DNA of 64,000 bases from Camelus dromedarius (taxonomy: Eukaryota), in the NCBI RefSeq assembly GCF_036321535.1, contig NC_087437.1, positions 83,702,001 to 83,766,000 of the forward strand, in the 5' to 3' direction. Positions within the stretch are counted from its first letter, which is position 1; every line of letters starts with the position of its first letter. Below are positions 54,347 to 64,000 of this stretch, one piece after another. The position numbers were made by a program, and so were the translations under genes. The notes beneath the pieces were generated by a model. It ran no database searches. It saw only the letters and a program-made list of their open reading frames with translations, and was not told the DNA's origin.

Positions 54347-54580
54347 TAAATTCACAGAATCCAAGAGTGAAATGGTGGTTGCCAGGGGCTGGGGAAAGGG
54401 GGACATAGGGAGTTATTAATCAACAGGCATAAAGTTTCAGTTAAGCAGGATGAATGAGCTCTAGAGACCTGCTGGACAGCACTGTACCTGTAGTGAACTA
54501 CACTGCAGTGCACACTTAAAATTTCGTCAAGAGAGTAGATCTCACATTAAGTATTATTATCAGAATAAATAATGAAAAAA
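54347..54580 (+). mobile_element. L1MA-like 3' UTR end
   Basis: agagtgaaatggtggttgccaggggctgggg...ggcataaagtttcagttaagcaggatgaatgagctctagagacctgctg...gagtagatctcacattaagt. Confidence 0.85.
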
Positions 54581-57149
54581 ATTATTTGGATATACAAGTT
54601 CATGTAAAAAGTGCAAAATCATCTGGAGGAATTAAAACAGTATTTGTGAATCACAGATAAGTATGAATTAGTCTTACTTTATATCCAGCTAAGATCATGT
54701 AAATGAAAGAATGTGAGCTTATGTCAGGGCAAGGTGAAGGTCCAGGTTACAGGTGATTCTATGAAGTGGAAAAAGGCCTAGCCTGGGATAAGAGGGGATG
54801 GCGACGGTGTACTACCATTGGAATTTAAAACAGTAAAAGTTGAATATTTGAGGACCTAAGAAGAGGAGCTGAAGAAAGGGGTGGATGCCATAGCAAAACA
54901 GCCTTAACATTGTTTTTTATTTTATTTTATTTTATTTTATTGTCCAAGACCAGGCAGGAAGGGGGTAAAAAACACACTCTTTTTTGGGGGGAAGGAAACC
55001 ACAGGCTCCCTTTCATATTGAAAGTTACATCCTTTACCTGTAGTCTGTGTTAAACAGGCTTTTATGGGTCTGCCTAGGGACTTAAGCAGAAACTTTAAAA
55101 GAAATATTTATGGGAAAATGCTTTCTGAGTTCTCAACAATTGATTTATAAGTGACTTTGCAGAAAACAGTCCTTGGAGAATTACTTCTATAACTAAAGTT
55201 AAAATTCATTTTTTATATGTTTCTAAATCAAAGTTGACCATGTTATGACTTTAAAAAATGCTCCTGAATTTGTAAAAGAAATGGCTGAGGTTATTTACAG
55301 ATTTGAAAAGACCAGATCACATTTTAAAACAACCACTGAACAAATAAGAGTTGGTAACTCCTTTTTATTGAAATTTTGGCTCTTGTGGCCTCTCCAGTTG
55401 AAAATCTTATTATAGTTTCCCATAGAATATTTATTAAATCCTTCAAGGAGTTTTTTCTTTTGTCGTCATCAAGGATTTGGACTTGAGCTAGGCAGAGTTG
55501 TATTTTTAGTTATAGAAGGGAGAGGCCACCAAGAGTGGAATCAGAAATTCCAATCTTAAGGAATAAAACTGTCATTTCTAATATACCTAAAAAATCTAGG
55601 AAGAAAAGTAGCTAGGGATTTGTGAAACATGGCAGTTGGATTTCTGAATTGCATTTTAAGAGCTTAAAGTGAATCTGAATATGATATAGCTTTAACTTAC
55701 AAAGCTTACTACTGAATTTGATTTTTTTTTTTTTTTGGCTTAGGTTTGCATAAAGGTAATCTACATTAGCTACTGTGTGCTGTACTTAAACAAAGCCAAG
55801 AAAATTTAAAAAAGTTTTTGCTTGGCATATAGGGCAGGGTGTCACAGAGTGTCAAGATCTTGATGAAGCCTCATTAGTGTGCATCAGAATTACCTAGAGA
55901 AGCTTTTGCAAAATATATGTGCTTGGGTATACATGTGTATTTTGAAAAAAAAAATCTCACTAGGATGATGATTCTGATTGCAGGCATGGCTGAACACCAC
56001 AAGTTTTGAGTCTAATATTTAGTTCTGTAAATCCAAAATCTCCTGTATGGTCCAAATGAGGGGTAAGAATGATAACAGAGAAGTTCAGGAAAATGCATGG
56101 AACTTCTCTAACTATCACTATAGCTATAAATTACACACTAATTTAAAAAATCAATTTAAGTCCTGTATGCAAAAGGAGAATTAATAAGGAATATTATAAA
56201 ATACAGTTTCACGGTACCAGGTACTACAAATGACACAACACATTTACAGTATTAAAATGTTTAAGGAGATAAATTTAGGCCATTGGAAGTTGCTACTCTA
56301 ACTCCTAATTTAAGAATAAAACATTCAGCCATCCATCTGCTTGGTTCCAAGCACACTATGCTTTCACATATTTAGGTGTTTACCATCACATTATTTTTAG
56401 ACTAGTCTTTGGCATTAAGCTGGTACAGGCTTAATAAATAATAGCATTTGCCTACATGAAGTTTCACATATTTTCTTCTGAAAAATGTAATCAAGGGGGT
56501 GTAATTCAACTGTTACTTTTACGGTTTAAAAACATAATGGTGGATAAATGTAACTTCACTTTTTTTTTTCCACTGTTGAATATAAAATGAATGTGATGTA
56601 GATTAATTTTGCTCTTATACCCCAGCACAAACGTAACTCCACACAACACAATTTACAAGAAAAGTGTGCTAATAAAACACAGCTCTCATTATTAATATAT
56701 AACTAGCATAAGGTAAAATGCCATCTTTACTAAATTTATAATTTGAGTACATAAATATTTAAAAGATCCCTTTAATTTTTTAAATTAATATTTGCTTTGC
56801 ATTTGTTCAAGGAAATTTCACATGACTCACATTGCTTTTGAAATGCTGATACGCACTTATATGTATTATTTAAATACTCATATTTGTGGGTTATATCTAG
56901 ATTTTTTTAAATGGTGGAAATTAAAACTACTTTGAGCCACTAGAAAAACAGACCAAGATGTAACAGAAAAATAATTTTTAAACTCTTAGTGATGTCTTCT
57001 GAAATATACTATAATAATAGATAACATTATGGAGACCTTAGTATGTGCCAGACGTTTTCTAGGAGTTTTAGGTCTATTCGCCAGCTATTCAATACAATAA
57101 AGTCACAATAACCACAAGAAATGGTTATAGCCTATTCCTGACCTTATTT

Positions 57150-60100
57150 TGTGGATAACAGTCATCCTTGAATCTTCTCTTTTGCTTAAACACTTTATTC
57201 AATCCCCCAGCAGCAAATCCTATTGGCTCTATGTTCAAAATACATCACAGAATCTATCATTTTCCATCAACGCAACTGCAACTAACCTAACAAAGCCGTC
57301 ACAATCTCCTTGCCTAGATTATTGCAAAAGCCTCCTAATTTCCCTGCGTACATCTGTACCTCACTACGGTCTCTTCTCAACGCAAGAACAAGCCTTTTAA
57401 AACATGATCAGATTATGTCGTGCCTCTACTCCAAAGCCTAGGATGGCTTCTCACCTTACCCAGAGAAAACTCAAAGTCCTTTCAATTGTCTACAAAGTCC
57501 CACTTCACTGGCTTTCCAACTTGGTTGTATATTGGATGCAACTGAGGGAACTTAAAACAAATATTGATGCAAGTGTCCCACCCCAGGAGATTCTGACTTA
57601 ATTCATCTGGGGTGCACGCCTGGAACTTGGGACCGTATAAAGCTCTCTAAATTGAATGATTATAATGTGCAGCCAAGGTTGAGAACCATTTCTCTCTAAG
57701 TTTTGATCCTCTTTCTGCCTTCATCCACTCTCTGACTTCAGCTTTTACCATCTTTCCCCTTACATACTCTGTTCTAGCCATAATAATAGGGCAATTAATA
57801 GATTTTATCATCTCTACTGCACAGTGAAAGGGTCACTGTTATAATTATGAAGAGACAATAGGCATGAATCAGAATCGTAGTAGGAAAAACAAGCTTATAG
57901 TCATTGAGCTTAAAGACGTAATTTGCAGTTGAAAAGGAATAAAATGTTCCTTCCTCAGGGCATTGGCGATTTTTGTTTTTACTCTCTGGATTATTTTCCC
58001 CCAGTTCCCTTACTCCCTTGGAGCTCCCTTACCTTCTTCTGATTTTTATTCACATGTAGTTTTTCAGTGACACCTTCCCTCTCCACTCGATTTAATACTG
58101 AAAGTCAGTCTCACTCATATAACTTCACTTGTGTTACATTTTTTCTCCCAGTTTTATTTTTCTCCAGTATCTGATGTACCATATATTTTGCCAAATCCTT
58201 TATTTTTCTTCCCACTAGATTTTTAATTTCTGTTTTGTTTGCTTCTGAATTCCAAGATCTGGAATAGTGCCTGGCCTACTATAGTCTGTCAACATATACT
58301 TGTGCAAAAAAAAAAAAAGAATGATTTATCGGCTATTTTAACATTAGGCAAGCTACCTAATTTGCTTTGCCCCAGTTTCCTCATTGGTAAAATGGGGATA
58401 ATAGTAACACCTATCTCATAAATGCATGAGATTGGAATAATGCCTGAGTCAGAGAGAGCACATATAAATGTTAGCTATATTAGTTAATTAAAGACATTTA
58501 TCTTTATTTTTACTTTAGCTACCGACTCCTAGACCACACCTGGAAACTGTCATCCCTGAAATTATCTTATTCAGAAATCTTAGATATCAATATAGTGTGT
58601 TGGTAAACTGGCTCTCTGGAGGAAAACAAAACAAAAAAGCTCTGATTTGTAATATTTGCCAATTTCTGTAATGTAAATACTTCAGTCATGGCTAATTTCA
58701 AGCGATGACCATTTAACAACCCACTCCCCAAATTCCTGACTATTTATTTAATCATCATCTCTTACAAGTTGGTATAAACTGACTCTAACAACCACTGTCA
58801 GTATTCTACTTTCTGGCCACATTCTTTTTTCCTTAGCTCTCTCACCTAAACAAACAATTATACTTCCTCTTCTACCTAATAAAGACTTCCAGCCCATAAA
58901 ATTTCTATTTATTTCTAGCCTAGCAGCCTCTTTATTGCCTTCATTATCTAACCTGCCTTTACTGGTTGCTTACCTCAACTACCATCCCCAATTCCCATTT
59001 TTTTTCTGTTGTACCTGCTCTTCAAACAATAGCCTCTATTATTTCCATTCTACATTGGCCAGAGCAAGGGTTGGAGTGGGAGGTCACAGGGAGGCGGGTA
59101 GGGGGCAGGTGGTGAACTGTTCCTGCAGGAAATCACAGAAGCATGCACACCACTGTCAAAACACAGTCATGTTCTCCACCATCACCTGGATGTCAGCATG
59201 ACTAGTTAATCATCTCATTTTCTCCAAGACTGAAGATGGGGAGTGGCAGGAGTGGAGGCAGAGTGTGTGTAACTAACACAATCACTGGGTTAGCAGTCCA
59301 GAAGATCCTTTTCTTGGCTACTTACATTGCATATCAGTAAAAACTCTGGTGAAGATTTTTAGCTGGTTACCCTTGCCGGGCTCTGAAAAATCTGTGTTCC
59401 TGGAGAACTTGATCCTGATGGTTCTGCTTTTCTTCTTCTTCTTTTTTTTTTTTTTTCTGATAAGCTATTTTTCTTTTTAACTTCAGTAATTATTCTAAAC
59501 ATTCACCTTAAATGAAGATTTGTCCTCAGACTCCCACATCAGCTCTCTTCCTGCTTTGCATAGAAATGCAGTAGCACCCGGTATCCTTTCCTTCAGTTTC
59601 ATGTATGTGCCTCATAAAGCCCTCTAGATCCACAGTACACAGTCTCTTCAAGTCTTGGGAAACGTGGATGCTTCTGCTATTCAAAGTCAATCCTCCACCA
59701 GTGTCCTTGATTTTGTACCTTCCCATCTCCTGAGATATTTTGCCCTACCAGTTTATTTTCTTTAGTTCCCTAGCCCTCAGTGTCTAAATTGCCTAAATCT
59801 TTCCTATCTTAAAAAACAGCCTGATTTTTCTTTTTGTCTACTAGCATCTGATTTATCTCTTGCCTTGCCACCTTATCCACTTTTCCTTTAAAAGTGGTTT
59901 CCACCTACCAATTCTATTTATATTTCAATCTCATTTTGCCCTTTATAATCTGGCTTCTGCCTGGGACCAACCCATTGAAAGTGATCTTGTTGAGATCTCA
60001 CAGGGCCTCTGAAGCGCCAAGCGCCATAGATGCTTTGAAGTCTCCGTCTTCCAGAACTTCTCTGCTGCACTTGACACGGCTGCTTATTTGCTCCTGTCTG

Positions 60101-60550
60101 AAATGCTGTAAGTATTCTCTTAGATTTGGGATGCAATGGCCTCCTCTCCCTCCTTGCTCCTCTGTCACCTCTCATTCTTAGGTACCTTTGGAAACAGCAC
60201 CTGTGCTGCTTCCTCAGTATGGTATGTCACAGAGTTCCAGCCTGGTTCAACTCCTTTCCTTTCTCTAAAAGTTCTTCCTAGGAAATACCAGAGTTTGGGT
60301 TTCATAATCACTTTTATGCTACCAACTCCAAGATCTTTCACTTTAGTCAAGTTTTCCTCCTGAGCTTCAGATTTATCTTTCTAATTGCTGTCCAGACATT
60401 TTCACTGCATGTTCCATAGGCATCTCACAGGTAACATGACCCAAATTAAACTCACCATCTTCTCCCACTACCAGCCCATCCCCTTCCTCCTCCTCTAGAT
60501 CTTTATTGCAGTTGGTGGCACCACCTTCCCCACATTCCTCCTACTCCCAA
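57150..60550 (+). mobile_element. Extended fragmented L2 region with inserted MER5-like (about 57506-57690), MIR (about 58330-58480) and MER63-like (about 58593-58797) elements
   Basis: L2: cagcaaatcctattggctctatgttcaaaatacatc and cctgagcttcagatttatctttctaattgctgtccagacatttt. MER5: ccccaggagattctgacttaatt...gcagccaaggttgagaacca. MIR: cagtttcctcattggtaaaatggggataatagta. MER63: gtgttggtaaactggctctct...ttgccaatttctgtaatgtaaatact. Confidence 0.7.
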
Positions 60551-61252
60551 CTGTCCTTTCCTGAGCGTGGTTTTGGCTATGGTTCCCTTTACTCAACCTG
60601 ATTCTGTTTGCTTTTTGTCTTTGTTCATTTCTCCAATTTTTTCTTGTTATTATTTCTGGATGACACTCTTGCTTGCTTGTTCATGTGACTGTATGCTGTA
60701 AACAGTGTATATATATCTTTTCTCTCATGTCAAAAGTTTTTAGGTGGGAGCAGGAGGCTGCAGCCTGAACACAATATACCATCTTGAACTGAAACCAGTG
60801 GTATTATATTTTCCTATAACTGAATTGGTGATTTTATAAACAAATCCACACTCAACAAATGTTATAAGATAAAGGATTAATTTTTTGTGGTTGATATATG
60901 ATATCTCAAAATTTTCAAGTATTTTATAAGTATTTTTATTTTGATTGCTAGTTAATGTTGCTGTAAACATGGAGGTCCAAAGATTGAGGGAAAAAGAGTT
61001 GCCAGGTAAGTGCCACAAAGTATTTATGAAATCCATATGAATCGCTGGAGAGAGACTGTTCAGGGAAGACAGTCAAACTTGCACTTAATTCATACTAGTG
61101 TATTTCCTTGGAAAAGTTAGGAAAACCTGAATATTAGTGAGGTCATACTTAGTGGGCAGCCAGGCTGATGCTCTGCTTGCTAAGTCAGAATGCATTTTAT
61201 TTTAAAATTTAAAACACACACATACATATGCACCCACACCCCTTTTGCACAG

Positions 61253-61304
61253 GTATGTGTATGCATGTGCGCGCATACACACACACGCATACACACGCAC
61301 ACAC

Positions 61305-61343
<39 letters not shown>
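61253..61343. repeat. Compound (TG)/(CG)/(CA)n microsatellite; 91 bp of uninterrupted purine-pyrimidine alternation
   Basis: gtatgtgtatgcatgtgcgcgcatacacacacacgcatacacacgcac...(ac)n ata. Confidence 0.95.
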
Positions 61344-62089
61344 AACGTACTCACTTAACCACATACCCCCTGCTAATATATATATATATCTGGAGGAATG
61401 TCCACAAGGATCCAAACAGTAGATTTATGACTTTGGTGCAATGTCACAACCAGCAAGCTACTGCCACTAGATTGTAATCTTGTACTTAGTTTGCTACCAG
61501 TCTTTCATATAAAACAGTGAATTGAAGTGAGTTTCAAACAGTGTGGGAGACCAAAGGGAAATCTTTTCTACCCCCAGCAAGCACAGAATGCTATTAATGA
61601 GCCATGGATGGCTCCCCCGCTACGCCATGCACTTAGCCACTTCCTTCTCTCTGTGCTCACAGAAGCTGTGATTATCAAATTCTAAAGCAGTAGTTTGAAA
61701 AATGACTTCGCTTTTGAGAATTTGTTGGAGATATATATATATAATTTCTGCTTGCCATAGGGAATTGAGTGTCTGCTATTGACATAAAGTTTATAAAGCA
61801 CTTTGAGCTTCTGGGATAAAAGAGATATGATTACAAAGCAGGGTAAGAATATTAAAGGAAAGTGAAAAGGGAGTATTGGCCTTATGTTTTTTTCCCCTCA
61901 TCCATATGATTTTTATTTTAATAGAAATTCTATGTGCAGAGGGGACTCAAGACCATATGGGGAAATGGCAATGGGCTTAAAAGAAGAAGCAATAAGTAAT
62001 TTAATAAAAAGATAGAATTCACAGTATATGAGAATATGGCTTTTTGCTTCAGAGATGAGTTTGAATCCTCATTCTACCCCTTAACAGTA

Positions 62090-62280
62090 AGTATATCAGG
62101 CATTATTCTATATGCTTTACAATAATCAACTCAACTAACCATTATAACAATTGTATGAGGTAGATTCTGTTAGTATTTCCATTTTATATATGAGTAAACA
62201 GAGGCACGGAGAAGTTAGTCACTTGCTCAAGTCACAAGGTCACATAGCCAGTGGCAGAGCCAAGATGAACTCAGATAATA
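62090..62280 (-). mobile_element. MIR
   Basis: aacaattgtatgaggtagattctgttagtatttccattttatatatgagtaaacagaggcacggagaagttagtcacttgctcaag...gtggcagagccaagatgaactcag. Confidence 0.8.
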
Positions 62281-64000
62281 TATGTTAAGGTTCTCATAGG
62301 ATTAGTAATGGTAGCCACAATTATTTGAACATTTACTCTTTTCCAGACTGCACTGGGTCTTACCTACATGGTACATAAGAGCTGAAAAATATTAGTTTTT
62401 AAATTTTAAATGATGAAATATACCACTTTTAAACATGTAGTAGGATGTTTACAAGTAAATATTTTATTTATAACATATTATCTTTCCCTTATAATGTATT
62501 TTAATTAATTCATGGTTTATCTCTTAGCAGGCTAAAAAATATATCTGAAGCTAACATTTCTCTCCTAATTTGCTTAAGGAAGTCATTTGGTCCAATTTTC
62601 AGCAGCAATTTAGATGAGTATCTGTTACATTATTTGCCATTATATTCAGCCCTAGGATATAGTTGATAAAAAAATCCTATCACAAGTATCATTAGAAAAT
62701 AAGTCATTTTGATATGTATCAGATAAAAATGAGGTTTTGGATAACCATAATGGAAGCGTGTAAGTATATATGCATTTCAAGTACCATAGGTGGTCCTGAT
62801 AAACTATTGTAAAGTAATTTAGCACATTTACTGGAGAAATGTATACAAGCTATAAAATAACATTCTGAGAATGACTACAGAAAAGAACAAATAGTTCACG
62901 TCCCCAAACACCTATGAATTTCATTTTGCCTTAAAGAGCATACTTGGCTGAGAGTATGCACTATGTGAGGAGTACTGCTGTATAATGACTCAACGATTTC
63001 GCTGAATTCAGCTTCTGGCATTGAATCTGCACATCAAGTCCAGTTACAGTGTAAATATATCATCGTTGCTAATACTGAGAGCAGCTGGAAGAAGAGGGCA
63101 TGGAATCAAGAAAAATACATGAAAATGAGATCAAGAGAGAGAGTAGATGCACATAGCACTTGTCCAAATAACACTGAACAAAAAATGAAGTGAAGAAAGA
63201 ATGCTTGAGATTGTTTATTCACATAGAAATGAAGAAAAACAATATAACACATTTCAAATAGCAAAAGTCCAGTCATTATATAAGTAAGAAAATTGGCGAT
63301 GTTTCTGTAGATAAATATATATTCAAGAAAACAGTGACATGCAAATATGTGACCTATGCTGGGGATAAAAATATTTACTCTATTGATTATTTTTTATATT
63401 TCTTTTTTTTTTTTACTATCAATGAATATTTTTGGGGCAAATGATAGCTTTTTAAATATTAAAGGTATTACACATACATTTTGAAATATAACTTCATGCT
63501 GCCTTCTCAGCTATGTTATCCTGTACCATGATATAAAACAAATAATTTTTAATACACCATATTTTAAAGGATAAGTCACTTAAAAAAGAGTGCTTTAAAA
63601 TTTTTTCTAAAACAAATCTGTGCCAAAGTTTCATTCTTTCTCCTTCTATTTTCTGAATAGTTAGCCAAATGATCTTAAGAGGGATAAAGCTGATAAAATC
63701 CGTTTTCTGATATGAACTCGAATCATTATTGGTAAATATACATCAACATAAGGGGTTCAGCATTATAGATAATGCATAAAATATCATACTGAATAGTTAA
63801 ATGTGATAAAGTCAAATGAATGGCTATGAGAAGCAACTGAGGTTCATTTAATCTTTCTTTACACCATCATTTGAAATATGTATATACTTATATGGCAAGT
63901 GAATTTACAGGAGAAATCAATTATATTATTACGTGTATCTGCTCCCTCTTTAGTAATACTCTAATGTATCACAGTATCAGAGAAATGCACCCTAGAGAAA

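Noticed and set aside
61190..61477. ORFs with HT/CV dipeptide runs
   Set aside because: They are translations of the CA/TG microsatellite.

Overview
AT-rich mammalian genomic DNA, most likely from a camelid: it has a vic-1-like tRNA-derived SINE and cetartiodactyl-type L1 3' ends, and I recognised no Alu, Bov-B/Bov-tA or PRE1. The window lies inside the receptor tyrosine kinase gene EPHA6 on the minus strand. Only one coding exon is present: a 210-nt phase-0/0 kinase-domain exon at 46153-46362 carrying the HRD catalytic loop, DFG and the activation-loop tyrosine. I found neither neighbouring exon, so the flanking introns are >17 kb (upstream) and >46 kb (downstream). The rest is intron with L1, L2, MIR, MaLR/ERV solo LTRs and hAT/Tigger DNA transposons, several with visible target-site duplications or nesting. 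The most interesting observations are: (1) two disabled segments (42571-42762 and 40800-41080, minus) that resemble the alternative exons of the human truncated EPHA6 isoforms as I recall them; (2) a young palindrome-rich 48-bp minisatellite between them; (3) a cryptic microexon-like unit next to a long UG tract; (4) two co-oriented CTCF-like motifs, one inside a MaLR LTR. I see no solid evidence for a new multi-gene system. Repeat family names and most repeat boundaries were assigned by eye and are approximate.
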